The notes under the pieces were generated by a model, which was not told where the DNA came from, searched no databases, and saw nothing but the letters and a program-made list of their open reading frames with translations. A DNA stretch of 64,000 bases from the human T2T-CHM13v2.0 reference genome, Homo sapiens, in assembly GCF_009914755.1 (NCBI RefSeq), contig NC_060942.1, one strand, 5' to 3'. Below are positions 28,114 through 42,601 of this stretch, one piece after another. The position numbers and the translations under genes are program-made. Position 1 is the first letter of the stretch; each line of letters opens with the position of its first letter.

Positions 28114-29868
28114 TAGTTTGTTCCCAGGAACTCTTTTCCATACTGTTACCTACTGAATCATATGTAGTTTACAGTCAGTCTACTAATATCTTTAAGTAGG
28201 AAATACTCATGTGATACACCTGTCTCCTGGAAAATGAGAAGAAAACAAACAAAAAATTTAAAATCCATCTGGTATAGATCACTAGAAACAGGAGAAAAAT
28301 ACTTCATTTTTCCTATCCTAAACTGTTCTACTAGTATGCTACCCAGAGCACACCTGAGGGGTGTGCTACATTCTGTACAAACAACTATCTGAGCATGAAC
28401 CTCCATGCTATCCCACAGCCTCGGTGACTGAGTATGCTTCTTTTTCTATTAGCATTCAATATACACACTCAGCACCCAAGTGTTAAAAATAATTTATGTG
28501 CCCAGGCTATTTTTAAAAGGTGGAATGTATGTAAATTGGGCCGCATTTCATATAGCTACAAATGTGAGGAAAATCAATCAAGAAATATGAAGAGATTCAT
28601 TTGTTAAATGAATCTGATCTGGGAAATAGTGTAAGGTAATTATAAAATTAAATGTTTTGCTAAAATTGGTACTGGAATCCATTTAAGCAGCTTCACAACT
28701 TGTTCAAGGCAATAAGAAAGCTGACCATTTATTGAATCATTTGTAACAAGGCCAAAAAGGCTTTTATTTGCCTTATAGAGTCAATTCAACAAAACTGTGT
28801 TTAGTGCTTACCTTACACAAGACAATGTGCTCTGTGTTGGGAATACAGATACAAATAATACACATCTTCAAACACGAAGAGTTCATGGTAGATGAAGTCA
28901 GAGGGTCTTTTTCATGAGTTTAACAGCATATGATTTTCCTTCCTACTAGTGGTTTTTTTTGGGGGTGGGGGGAGGTGAAAATACAAATATTCTAGAAGTA
29001 TACTAATGTTTTAAAAGATAAACTGTTTCCAGATCAAGGTTATATCACAATCCTTTAGGAAATAACACTTGATTTATCAGTTGTAGTTTTCATTGGAATT
29101 ACATAAATGTTATTTCTTACTCAAACGTAGTAACATTAGATGAATATGCACTTGTTAACCAATTTCACAGCTTTGAGGGCAAGTCTGGTTTAAATTATGG
29201 CTTTCAATTTTTTTAAAGCAGCAGAGGCAAACCCACCCCCTTACAGTTTTTCAAACAAAACACTGAATAGAATTCTGACATATCAAAAAGACTGAAAGAA
29301 AGCTTGGGCTGTGCCTTCTGAAGCCAAGAAGAGCCCAAAGTCCAACTTTTCAAGTCCCACAGTGATCTCTGAGCAGCCTCTTTATAATCTTGGATTCTGA
29401 GAAACAGAGCTTGAAGACCCCAATGCCAGAACAAACTGAAAATCGGGATATTAATATCCTCCCAGTGAGTTCTCACAATTCAGAAACTGGTGAGGCTATG
29501 CTTGCAGGTGTCAGTAATCATTAGGGACAGCTGCAGGAGGCAGGGAACTCACAGCCTCTCTTCCAAACAGAACAGAACAACAAAAAAATCTATTTTCCAA
29601 GCCAAACTCAAGTCACGTATTTATTACCAGGAACTCAAAGAGAATGAACCGAGCATCTATTTTGTATCTACACAGGTGCATTTACAGTCTTCACACATAA
29701 CACTTAAATCACATTTGAATTATAAATAGTAAACATTAAAGACAAAACTTTTGATGTTTTAAATTTATCAAGACTTAAAGACATTTGTCTCTGTATTCTG
29801 AATCAAGCACATTCTTTCCTCAAATGCTCAGTAACAATCAAATTGCTTATGAAAAGAATTTACCTCAC

Positions 29869-29993
29869 CTTCCATCTGGGTTTACAGTCTTTTGGCCTCC
29901 AATGACCCCCTGGCTCAATATCTAAATCCTTGGAGAAGAGTTGATGAATTTCATCAAAACTGACTTCGCTTACATTGACATTGAGGAATCCTC
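29869..29993 (-). CDS. B4GALT6: B4GALT6 coding exon 4 (125 nt, phase 1/0)
   Basis: Translates (R)GFLNVNVSEVSFDEIHQLFSKDLDIEPGGHWRPKDCKPRWK, with the GT7 PGGxWxPxxC motif; acceptor TTTGTAG|GA, donor AAG|GTGAGG. Confidence 0.97.
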
Positions 29994-30068
29994 CTACAAA
30001 TTAAAAATGTAAAGAATTGTTTTAATATTTTTTGCCTCAAAGATCTAGTAGAACAAATAATAATCAGC

Positions 30069-30186
30069 AGGGTGATGGCATATCTTAGTTGCCAGGACAA
30101 TACAGTTTACTCCTGTTACCACCACAAAATTATGAATAGCGCTCCCTTTCACTTTTAGTTTCAATGATAATATATATGGTCACCCT
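30069..30186. mobile_element. MER94-like hAT-Blackjack MITE
   Basis: Terminal inverted repeats agggtga / tatatggtcaccct and internal aatagcgctccctttcact. Confidence 0.75.
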
Positions 30187-30374
30187 TCTATGTTTGGTAA
30201 ATCGGCCAAAGAAAATCAAATTCTTTTTAAAAACCGTTTTGCTTTTGGGTAATATATTGAATAATTTAGTATTATTTGGAAAATGTTTGCATGTCATTAT
30301 AACTTAACACTGCAATTTAACAACTATTCAAATATTTTAATACCATTTTTAATTTTAACATTTTCAACACAGGG

Positions 30375-30615
30375 GACACAATGGCACAGTACTTAACAAT
30401 GAAATAAGCAGTCAGATTGACTGGGAACTGATTCCTAGCTTCTGTCTATTGGGAAAATGATTTAACCTCTCTGTGCCTCAGCCTCCTCCTCTGTAAAAAG
30501 GACAGTGATGTCTGCCTCCCAAGGTGGTTGTATCCATTCCAAGAAATCATCTGTGTGAAGGATCATATGCCGTGTCAGGCATTAGGTACAACCAACAAAT
30601 GTTAGCTACTATTAC
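30375..30615 (+). mobile_element. MIR
   Basis: tttaacctctctgtgcctcagcctcctcctctgtaaaa core. Confidence 0.8.
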
Positions 30616-33600
30616 TGTTACCTACTGACATTTCTTAAGAGAGGGAATTTGCAAACATAATTCAAAGTACTGATTCTGAGCACTTACCATATATCAGGCC
30701 CCTTGGCATACAAAACTGAAAAACCACTTCTGAGGTATTCCTGGTCTAACAGGCACTCATTCTCCAAATTAACAAATATATGACATTACTGGAGGTGTTC
30801 TTACTAGTAGCTTTTCTAATGTATACCATTGAAACAGGAATGAATCTTGAATGGAAAACCACTTCCGTTAACCCCAAAAGAGAACTAAGAATCAAGAAGC
30901 CTCTTTATCTCCCCCTGAATTAAAATAGCTGCATGATCACTAACATCCCTTCAAAGCAATGCTATCTTCAATGACTTCACTGTTAGAACAGGATGTAAAA
31001 GGCTATTGAAACTACAGATCATCTTTTAGCAGTTTTAATGTCATCCGTTAACTTCCAAATAGGTACAAATTGCTCTGGAGCGCCCTCCAGCCAAATTCTT
31101 CTCTCTGACCTCATCTCATAAAATACAAACCAACAAATGTTGAGGTTTCCCATTTCGAGTCTTCTGAGTTTCATGTGGCCACAATTTCATATAAAAACAC
31201 TCAGTTCCTCTCTAGAGAGCCTCTTTGCTCCTGCTATTCTATATTTTAGGAGTTTTCACAATGGCCTCTCTTCCTGTCCCCACTTCATCCTAACCAGGCA
31301 GAGCTGTCTGTAGCCTCCACGCAGGCATGCTAGAGTATTTTACATCGAAATACCTGCTTCCCAGAATAAGTTAGAAAAAGAATTGCAATCTTCTAATGCC
31401 TGCCTGTTCTACTGACAACATAAGCAGTCTTTTATAACCAAACACTCAGCCTTCAGCGTGACAAGATACACAAACTAGCTAATCTTAGAAAGGTCAGATT
31501 CATCTAAAAGAAAGAGAAACCTATGAACTTGCAGAGAAAGAGTAAGTAAAATGTAAGATTGATCAGTAAACATAAGTACAGACTATCATGACTCAGCTGA
31601 CAAAGAACAGAATCTAACATTGTAATCAAATAAAATTTACACAAATAAATCTGATACATTTAATAGTATGCATGATTGCTAAAATGATAGTAATTAGGCT
31701 AAATAATAAGCAGTTCATATAAGTAACTGAAGCTGGTATTCTTTCTGCACTGTTAAACCACATTTTTTGTCTTTTTTCCAGCTTTATTGCTTCAACAGCT
31801 GTAATCATCATTATTGTCAGCAGTTTTCTCCAGCATCATTTGCAGTTTAATTTCCATCTCCAACGCATATGTGCTGGCAAGAGACAGGCTTTATTTCTTT
31901 CCCTCAATAGAGAGGGCTTCCTCTGTCCATCACTATCCCCATGCCTGAGGTATCCTAAGTTCACACTCCTCGGGGTTGTGCACCTCCCCCACCCCATCCA
32001 CACCCCTCAGAGTCCATCAGGAGCTTTCCTATGTGCTTGTTGCCCTTTGCTCTGAAATCCTAGTAATTTGCTCATTGAAGGCTAAAGATTGACCTGGTGG
32101 CATGCTACCCATGATAAGAGCAACATCGCTATACTGGGGAGTGTAGGGGACAGGCCTCCCAGGACAAGTATTGCCACCACTGGGAACAGCGAAAGTGTGA
32201 TCAGAGAGAGGAAGAACAAACATTCATCATTGTGGGGAGTGGTATTAGGGAGAAGATCCTGTACATAGGAAGGGAAGGGAAAAGGTCATGTTATAAAAAG
32301 AGTGGCCAGGAAGAAGTATGCTGCAGATAAACTAATGATGGTGTGGTTTCCAAACCGTCCTTGGGAAGGACCTCTCTCAGGGATCCTGTGGTTGGAGAAG
32401 GGAGGACTCAGGCTCCCCCAACACAGCCACTTTCATCTCTTTCGCGTACTCTTTTGTCCCCTTTAGGTTTCACTCAAGAAAGCCTTCCACTGCTTTAAAA
32501 ACAAAACAAAAGGCATCGGAAAACCACCTGCTATGAATGAAGCTAGAGAGGGAATGTCCTTCTTGTAAAGAAGGACACCATCAACTGGGCCAGTCCCCTT
32601 TATTTCACTCGCTGAGATTTCAAGGGCAACTGAAGAGATCCACTGAACTCCATGGAGAGCCAATCTTCACTCTCCTCTGTGGTGAATCTGAGATTGGTTG
32701 TTGTTGTTCTTAATCCCAGATGTAATAGTATAAATCTAAGATTTTTAACTGGCACAAGTGGTTTCTTTCCCAGTTAGAGATTTAAAGATCAGAAAATAAA
32801 TATGTTGACTGAAATCCATTTACCCAGCAGTGTAATCACAATCAGCAAATGTAAATAATATAATTTACCAAATACTGAATTTCACTATTTTGAAGGTGGC
32901 GCTGGGGTTAGAAAGGAAAGAGCAGGAGAACTGAGTGTCTGAAGAGTGGAGGGGCTGCCAAGTACCTAGAAGGTCAAGGTGAAGGACAGGGAACTCAAGT
33001 CAGCTGGAAGCTACCTTCCAGTCGTGTGTGCCAAACTGCTTCTATCATGTGTGAGGGTAACTTAGTTGCACCATTGGTTATGTAGGACATTTACTATATC
33101 CTAATGCTGAATTTGCAAGATATGCAGCAATGCTGCCCATCTGGGAAAGCCAGGCATGCATGGGCCCAAACAACAGGCTTATTGTGCTATGGATGATAAT
33201 GTATCACATGACATGATTTAGGATTTTACTTTTTCTATTAAAATATAATTCTTAAAATAACAAATATTCAAAACCTATGAATTACCTACGTTTATATTTT
33301 TCTAACATTTCAAGTAAAATTTAAGGCATATAATCTCCAGAGAGTTGTTTGTTCTATAAATCAATAGTTTTAAATAACTATTTCATTTTGCTTGGAGCCT
33401 ATATCTATTTTTTGGTATCTAAAACCTAATTCTGGATATGTTGGCTTTTGTCTGTTTTACCCTCAGGGTTTTAAATGTTCACAGCTCAAAGAGCTGATGA
33501 CAGTGTCAGAGAAAGACCTGAATTTCCCCTAGAAATGTCCCTTAGGGTAAATTCCTCTCCAAAGCTAGAAAAGCATTTTTATGACAAGATGGGACATTCC

Positions 33601-33994
33601 CTCCCACACTCTGTGCTGCCTCCTAAGCACAGCTCTGAGGCTGAACAGTTATGAGTCATCCAGCCATTGGTCACCTCCTGTCCTTTCTGAAGCCAACACT
33701 AGATACTGCCTATTTCAAATGCTTTACTTAAGCTTCTCGACTTATAAAATTTGACAACCTCTGCTTAACAAACGATTTATTACTCAAGTTTTCTTGAAGC
33801 AACCAAACCTGAGCATTCTAAACATAAGACAGAGCATTAGTCACACATCCCCACTGCCAAGGGCAATGCCTGGACACAGAATGAATGAATGAATGAATGA
33901 GTAGGAAGATTCCTGTCTCATCCCTGCTTCCACCTACCTGCATTTCTACTCCCTGGCTCCATCAGGTGCTAAAATATTTCTTTAAGACATTTAT

Positions 33995-34500
33995 GCAAAA
34001 CTGTGCATACAACAAAGTCCTAATATCCAGAATCTATAAGGAATTTAAACAATTCAACAAGCAAAAAACAACCCCATTAAAAAATGAGCAAAAAAAAAAA
34101 AAAAAAAATGAGCAAAAGATACTAACTTCTTAAAAGGAAACATTCAAGTAGCCAACAAACAAAAAAAAATGCTCCAAATCACAAATCATCAGAGAAATGC
34201 ATATTAAAACCACGATAAGACAGCATCAAATACCAATAGGAAAAGCCATTATTGAAAAGTGAAAAAACAACAGATGCTGGCGAGGCTTGGGAAGAAAAGG
34301 AGATGCTTATACACTGTTGGTGAGAATGTAAGTTAGTTCAGCCACTGTGGAAAGCAGTTTGGAGATTTCTCAAAAAACATAAAACAGAACTACCATTTGA
34401 TCCAGCAATCCTATTACTGTGTAAATATCCAAAAGAAAATAAATCATTCTACCAAAAAGGCACATGCACTATTATGTTCATTGCAGCAATATTCACAATA
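33995..34500 (+). mobile_element. L1PB/L1MA ORF2 3' fragment
   Basis: ctaatatccagaatctataagga...gccactgtggaaagcagtttggagatttctcaaa. Confidence 0.88.
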
Positions 34501-34854
34501 GTGAATTCACAGTGACACCCAGCTCTGTGTCCAGACCCTGAACCACAGTCACCTAGAAATGACTGGCTTTCAACTCTGACACTGCACCCTCTCATTAAAG
34601 CCTCTTTCTCTTTCACCTTCTCCCACTCCCCTCCCATGAAGTCCCTCTTCAATTCCATGAAGACTTGAAGTCCTCTCTGCTATATCCACACTGGCCTCTG
34701 TATAAAGTGGTTTGCTAATTTTGATGTGTGCCTAAGAATTACCAGCTGTGCTTGTTTAAAATGCAGCTGACTGGCCACATTGTCAAAGTTTCTGTGTCAG
34801 TTGAAGCTCATGGGTCACGTTTATGGCCACTGGCTTTAACTGAACACATTTCAA

Positions 34855-35236
34855 CGGCTTGAACTACCCACCATTGGGTCCTGCCTTTCAAAGGAAAAAG
34901 CTAGAACCCACTCTCCAAACCCCTCTAACAGGTAGGAGTGGTCATATGACCAAATGCACCCGAAGTGGTGGCAAAAGCTTCTAGCTTTACAGGAACCAAG
35001 AAGTGGCACTTCTGGTCTCCAGACCTGAGCAATGCTGGTAGGAGGTTTAAGCCCTGACAAGTGGCAGCAGGAGATGCTTCAAAGCGGTCTGAGCCTTGTT
35101 CTGGCTGCTCAATTTCTCAACCTAATTCTCTAGCCACCCAGGTTGTCTCTGGGCTCTCTAATATATTTTCATGAATTCTTTTTTCTCTTAAATCAGATAA
35201 AGTATATTCTGTGGTTTGCAACCAAGAACCCTGACT
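34855..35236 (+). mobile_element. LTR33-like ERVL solo LTR
   Basis: 3' end ttctgtggtttgcaaccaagaaccctgact typical of the LTR33/LTR16 group. Confidence 0.6.
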
Positions 35237-35292
35237 TTTGCAGTCTAGGGTTTAGCTCAGAGGCTTCATTTTTAACAGGTATCCCAGCTGCA

Positions 35293-35579
35293 TTTTTTTT
35301 GAGACGGAGTCTCGCTCTGTCACCCAGGCTGGAGTGCAGTGGCGCCATCTCGGCTCACTACAAGCTCCGCCTCCCGGGTTCACACCATTCTCCTGCCTCA
35401 CCCCCGAGTAGCTGGGACTACAGGCTCCTGCCATCATACCCGGCTAATTTTTTGTATTTTTAGTAGAGACGGGGTTTCACCGTGTTAGACAGGATGGTCT
35501 CAATCTCCTGAGCTTGTGATCCACCCACCTCGGCCTCCCAAAGTGCTGGGATTACAGGCGTGAGCCACCGCGCCCAGCC
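35293..35579 (-). mobile_element. AluY
   Basis: AluY diagnostic positions; TSD cccagctgcattttt. Confidence 0.95.
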
Positions 35580-36225
35580 CCCAGCTGCATTTTTAACAAG
35601 TGTAGATCATCTGAATCACACTTAAGAGAAATGCAGCTCTATGACCTTCACCCGATCACAGCACCTACACACTGACAAACACCTTATCTACCACCCCCTC
35701 AACCTGCCACACCTGAGCTACAGGTCCCATCCTTGCAGCGACAATTATCCATGCTCCAATTCTTTACCTAATAAACAGCACTAAAGAAAGCACGTAAGCA
35801 TATAGATTAATCCCATCATTTGGGTGGCAATACCTAACATATTGCCTCAAGCATAGTAAGGTTTCAGCAAAAACAAGTGTCACTTTTTTTTTGTATTGTG
35901 ACTCCACCAGGGTGGGGTGGGGGGCTCTCTAGGATAACCTGTTAGTCACCTTCTAATTTATGATTAGTTGACTTCACTTTTCATTCCCTATGACAACTTT
36001 TTAAATACTTACTCCTCCCTTTCAAGCTGCTCAATCCTTCCTGGCCATCCCCTCAGGGACACACGGCCTCCTGCTTTACTAGGAAAACAGACACAGCAGG
36101 CACGAGCACCCTACCTCTCCACCTCATCTCCAAATAAACCGCGGGCTTCCTCAGGGGAGGAGGCATTCCTGAGGCTTTCCATGCTCACTCTTCAACCTGA
36201 GGCATTGTCTCCATTCACTTTCTAA

Positions 36226-36583
<358 letters not shown>

Positions 36584-37939
36584 TCTTCTCTCCATCCTTT
36601 CTTTCCATGATGCCTACAACATGCTCAAGTCCATCTCTTCCTAAAGAGCTCTTCCCTTACCTCCACCTCCTCCAGATCCTTTACCCCAATCTCCTTCCCT
36701 TTGCCACCAAACTTCTCTCATTTCACCTACAGTCTACATACACTTCTGACGCACTTCTCAAGAGTCTACTTTGCTTCTCTCCCAATCATTTTACTGAATT
36801 CGTGCTTGCTGTGTTCTCCATTCGTTTTCTGCACCAAATTCAGTGGCCCTTTCACAGTTCCTCACTCTCCCTGCTGTCTGGAGGTGTGTGACGACACAGC
36901 AGTCTTGTCTCTCTGGGATGTGTTCCTGCCTCGCCCCCCAGACACCACCCTCTGGCTTCTCTAGGTTCCTGTCTCCCCTTCTTCTGTTAACCGCCACTCA
37001 CCTCACAAGTACGGATTTTCTCAGGGACCCACTCTCAGCCTTCTTCCCCTCTCACTTCCTCTGATGTTCAGTCCGGATCTCTTACTAAAGGCAGACCCCA
37101 AGTTAACCCTCTTGAACTTCAAACAAAACGGCCCAAACGGAACCCACTAACTTCCCCATCCTCCAAATGCGACGGTTACTCTGTATCACACTTCAGTTCA
37201 TGGTCACCAAGTCAGAAACCTGGAAATTAACCCTCACCCCTCAACTGGTCGCCACATCTGGCCAATGGCACCCTGTAGGTTCTTTTTTGTGCCTTCTCCT
37301 CTCTCCAACGCCACAGCCTTGGCACTTGCCCTTGTTGTTGCCCGTCGGCTTCCTGCAGCAAGCTCCTCATTGGTCTCCTGCTGATCCCAGTATTTCTCCA
37401 TTCTCACCCATTGTTCAGCTTCTCATGTGAATAATCTTCCTAAAATACAATCCTAGTCCATCATTCACCTGCCTAAAGCCTTCGATGGTTCTCCATTTCC
37501 CTAAAGCAGTGGTGTTTTTTGTTTATTTTTGCTTTTTTTTTTTTTGCCCCTAGACCCTTTGAAAATCATGCACTGTCACCTGAGAGAAATGCATACAGGC
37601 TCATAAATCAACTGTCTGCATGTAAGCTCACAGGCTCTTCTCCCTCTGAAGCTCACCTCATGGATGCCTAGGAATGATGGAACCCACAAGGCCCTCAGAT
37701 TCCTCAGTCCTTTACACAAGACCCTTCTAGCCAGCTTCATTTCCCATACACGCCACTTAACACACCCTCTCTGGGCAGAGCCGACCACTCTCCAGTCCGG
37801 GAATACACAGAGCCTCCCTTGTGGTGATGCTGTTCTCTCTCAGCTATCTTGTAAGACCCAGTTCTGATGACACCTCTCTCTGACATCGTCCTTTCCCTTC
37901 CAAAATAAACTGCTGTCTCCCTTTTGTCACATTCATAAC

Positions 37940-38257
37940 CTTTTTTCTTTTTTTTTTTTTTTTTTTTTTTTTGAGACAAAGTCTCGCTCTGTTGCCTGGG
38001 CTGGAGTGCAGTGGTGCGATCTCGGCTCACTGCAACCTCCGCCTCCAAGGTTCAAGCGATACTCCACCTCAGCCTCCCAAGTAGCTGGGACTACAGGCAC
38101 GCACCACTGCACTTGGCTAATTTTTGTGTGTGTGTTTTTGGTAGAGACAGGTTTCACCATGTTGGCCAGGCTGGTCTTGAACTCCTGACCTCAAGTAACC
38201 CACCTGCCTCAGCCTCCCAAACTGCTAGGAAACAGGCATGAGCCACCACGCCCGGCC
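37940..38257 (-). mobile_element. AluSx-like
   Basis: Full dimer; TSD tcataa(c/t)ctttt. Confidence 0.93.
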
Positions 38258-40379
38258 TCATAATCTTTTCATAGCATGCCTTTCTCCAAGTGTGTTACCT
38301 GCTCCAAGCTGCCACACACATGACCACGTTCAGTCTTGTCTCTCCCGTACCTGCTTCTATGAACAACACAGGGACCGCTGCACAGCGGCTGTTCATCAAT
38401 GACTTGTTGACTCTAAAATGGCTCCCATCTCATTTTTTTTTTTTACAATAAACATATGCATGACAGTTTGTTACATTAGCATTATTTGAGCTTTGCTGAC
38501 GTTTGTTTGCTTATCTTTTCCTTCTTTGCTGATTTTCATTTGAATTATTTAAATCCATCTCAAGAAGTCCTTGGAGCTTTTGTTATATTCATAAGGTTAG
38601 CAACTATAGAAACTATCAGGGTTAAACCATAAAGGGAACTATTCCACAAATAGTAAGAACAGAATATATAAAGGTCACTGCAAACGTATTCTATTTGAAT
38701 AAGAATTAAAAGATAGGAAAACTAAAGGTAAGTCTATTTTCAGTCTAATGCAGAGTATGCAATTGACATTTTCCATTTCTACCTCACCCATAAAAATTAA
38801 AATCAAAACATCCACACTAAGCACTTATTAATTTTTAGCCTTAGACAAGGTGAAACTTCTATTTTACTTTGTTAGCACAAAGAATCTTACATAAATGCAA
38901 TAAAGCTGAATGTGGATTTGCCCTTTGGAAAATCTATAAATACTAACAAACAAGAAAGAAGTATTCACTCATACTCTTCATATAAAATATACATATTAAA
39001 ATAGGCTTTATAGTGTAATTGGCCACTATTGAATATGAAACACTGCTGAAATGTATGAAACACATTTTATCTGTATTCTAGTTTGAAAAATTCACTTTAT
39101 CTTTACAGAAATCCAGTGCCAGTGTTTCCATTGCTATACTAAGTAAAAATCAAAGAAGTTTACAACAGAATAATCAAATACACCAGTGTTAAGCCTTAAC
39201 TTCACTTTTAGTGACTATAAGTAAATATTACTTGTACTTGAATGGTTTTCATCTAAGTAGATCTAATTCTTACACAAATCCCTTCTAATTATTATTTGGG
39301 AAAGAATCATATTCAATTATTTTGTGTAACTATTATAAGATTTTATACTTATGTATTTTATTGCATTGTTCTCTATTATCAATGAAAACTATCTTTTTAA
39401 GTAAAAAAATGTAAGGATACATAGCTAATAATAAAACTTCTAAACTCCACACATTTCTCCTAGGTGTCTCATTTCCTTGACCATTGTAAAGTCTGGCTCT
39501 ATTATTCAAAGAAGGAGGGAGAAGGAAAGGGAGAATCAAATTAATACCTATCAAACTTTAAGCACTGTGTGCTTCATTCTATCCTTACCACACTCTGCAG
39601 ATGGTATTGGAATCCCAGGTTTTACAGGTAGGTAAACTAAGCCTCCACTTTGCGGAGGTCACAGGACAAGTGAAGTGCTCTGTCGGGCAGCTCGTGCAAG
39701 GCTCTCTTGGCAGAAGCCTCGTTATGTTGGCTGTACCCATGGCTCCTTTCTAAAGCCTTATCTGTATGTGGCTGTATTTTCTACCAAATCACCTTGCCAC
39801 CATGGCCACCACGGCCACCACTAATTGGGCACAAAATTGGGACAGGACCCAAAGTTGGCAGCCCATGAGAGGGACTGCTGTGAAAAGATGGCTGGCCACA
39901 CTAGTGTGATCCTCTCTTATAAAAGAATGCAAGGATCCCAGGGAAGCAGAGAGAAGGGGCAGTAGTGCTGAGACCCCTCCCCACCCCCAGTGAAAAGGCA
40001 GTGCACAGCAGCCACGCACGACGCAATCTCTCAGGCACCACAAGAGATGGTACAATGGGCTGTGGGGCGGGAGGAGAGGAGTACCAGAATGATGAAGTGG
40101 CAGACAGATGCTTTGAAATAGAGTTTAATTAGTACTCATAAAGCACTAATTAAAGAAAATGGCAACTAAACCAAGAACAGAAAGATTTCCTGAAACTATA
40201 AACCTTGAATATGAAAATTATGAAGATGAAATTATTGTAATCAATATTTCAACAGAACATTACCCAGTGGTTTCAGTATTACACAGACAAAAGTATTCAT
40301 TTTTAGGAAAACAAGGCTGCAATAACAAAGTAATGACAACCACAAAAATCACTGAGTTCCATTCTTTATTATGGTACAG

Positions 40380-40650
40380 CAAAGAGACAGCAAGATTAGA
40401 ATCACCTGAGAATTTTTTTTTTCTTAAATACCAGGGACCAGGCCCACTACTCTAGATCAGTGGGTCTCAATACGTGGCCCAAGGCTCAGCGGCAACAGCA
40501 TCACCTTGCGGGATTTGTTAGAAATGCAGATTCTCAGGCCCGCTCCAGACCTGCTGAGTCTGAAACTCTTGAGAGCTGGACCAGCAATGGGGCTTGACAA
40601 GATGATCTGGGTGATTCTGATGTACCCCCAAGACTGAAAGCCATGGCCTT
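40380..40650. mobile_element. MER5A/B hAT-Charlie MITEs
   Basis: cagtgggtctcaa...ttgttagaaatgcagattctcaggccc...ggtgattctgatgta. Confidence 0.8.
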
Positions 40651-40689
40651 AGATGATATTAGAAGGTCAATCTTTCTTTTTATTATTGA

Positions 40690-42300
40690 TATATAATATC
40701 TATCAACAATAAGCTAAAACAAGTCCTACAAATATGATAGGCAAAGGCTAATTTCCTCAATTAAAAAAGCTCGTGTCAAGAATAAAAAACACAGATACAA
40801 AATACATCAGAATATGGATAAATAAGCAATTCAAAAAGATGTTTATTTAAATCTTTATATCAAATCCAAGATACAAACCTATATGTACAAAGTAGGCTTA
40901 AAAATCATGGGGCAGGGGTAGAAGATACACACACAAAAAAAAGCTAAAATAATAGCCGTGTGGCTTCTGAGTGTTGACAGTACAGTATAGTGTTTTTTTT
41001 AAAATAATGATAATGTATTATCTTCATAATTAAAAATATATATATTTAAAGTACAGTAGCTTTATCACTACCACATATTACACACAAAGGTTAAAAACAA
41101 AATAGTAAAATCATTAGAAGGAAATAAAGGTATTTATCTGTATGGCCTCTGGGTAAGAAAAGGTTTAAGACCAAAAAAAAGCAAAACACCTAAGTAAAGT
41201 TATTAAAAAATTTGAAAAGGTCATAATTTTAAACTTCCATAAAATAAAAGACAAAACAAGAAGCCTGGGAATGTGAAAAGATACTTACAAAACACATAGC
41301 AGACAACAGGCCACTGCCAGAATATAAAGAATTTCTACAGATCAATACCAACACACAATAACCAACCAGGAACTGATAAAGCCCATGATGCAGCAAGTCA
41401 CAGGAGAGAAAATTTAAAAACACAAACATAGGAAAACTTACTCAAACCCACCAGGAATGAGGGAAGTGAAAATCGAAACAACGAGAAACCATTTATCTTT
41501 CAGATTAGCAAGAATTTAAAAGTCCATCAATATCAAAGTGGTACATTCATGCTTTGCTGTTAGGGATATAAATTGGTATAGCTGCTTTTGAGAGCAATTG
41601 ACAAAATCTGGAAAACCTGAGCCAACCTACCCAGCAATTCCACCACTAGCCATCAACCCTCAAGTACACATGCATATACGCACAGGAAAACTCACACTCT
41701 GTTGTTCTTTATACCAAAATATATATATATATTTTTTTTGCTATTTTGTGATAGCAAAAATGTTGAAACCACCTAAATGTTCATCAGTGGGGAAACAGGT
41801 AAATGAGATGTGATACATTTATACAAAGACGTACCACACAGTAATAGTTAAGGGAAAAAAATTAGATCTATATGTAACAACATGGGTAGTTCTCAAAAAA
41901 GTATGTAAAAAAGCAAGTTACAAGAATGAAATGTACTTTATAGACCAATTTACATAATTTCTCCTTTGAAACAATATCTATTTTCTATACAGACATCTAT
42001 CTATGTAGAAAACAATTTTCATAACCGGAAAGAATACTCAGCAAACTCTCAGTAGAGGTGAGGTTACTTCTGAGGAAGGAATGGGGAGCCAGCACTGGGG
42101 ATGGTGGTCAAAAAGGACTGGCTTAATCAGGAACATTATAACATATTCAAAAGGAGACTACACATTAATTGCTCTCTTAAGCACTGTTTTAAAAGAACTT
42201 GGACATAGGTAAGCCGAAGTATTAGTTTTTAAAACTGGTTGGGAACAATATGGGTATTTGTCATTTTCCCCCTTTGTATTTTTCTTCAGCTTTTCAATCA
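40690..42300 (+). mobile_element. Old L1ME ORF2/3' UTR fragments
   Basis: acccagcaattccacc, aaaccacctaaatgttcatcagtgggga motifs. Confidence 0.7.
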
Positions 42301-42487
42301 TCCCCCTTCAAAATGCGCTTTGCCAAAAAATAAATAAATAAATAAAAGTTCAAATAACATGCTGCATAATATAAACATTTGCACCCAGGTGCACATGACC
42401 TGCTCCTGCTGCACTCAAATCATGTGGTTTTTATGACTGTATTGTAACACAAGTAAACAGTTAAGTCAAAATTAGATGACGACTTAC

Positions 42488-42601
42488 GCATATAAGGCAG
42501 CTTTTCTGGACAGGGGAGGTATGGTGAGTATGTGAAGTTTTCCGGGAGATACGTTGTTGTTTGAACAAGATAATCACTTGAATTATTGCCTTCGGGATAA
42601 T
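42488..42601 (-). CDS. B4GALT6: B4GALT6 coding exon 3 (114 nt, phase 1/1; stem)
   Basis: Translates (D)YPEGNNSSDYLVQTTTYLPENFTYSPYLPCPEKLPYM(R); acceptor CTTTCCAAG|AT, donor TGC|GTAAGT; not in the ORF track. Confidence 0.97.

Noticed and set aside
31073-31090. Small hairpin ctggag-cgcc-ctccag / weak CTCF-like motif
   Set aside because: A 6-bp stem is expected by chance, and the motif misses key CTCF core positions.
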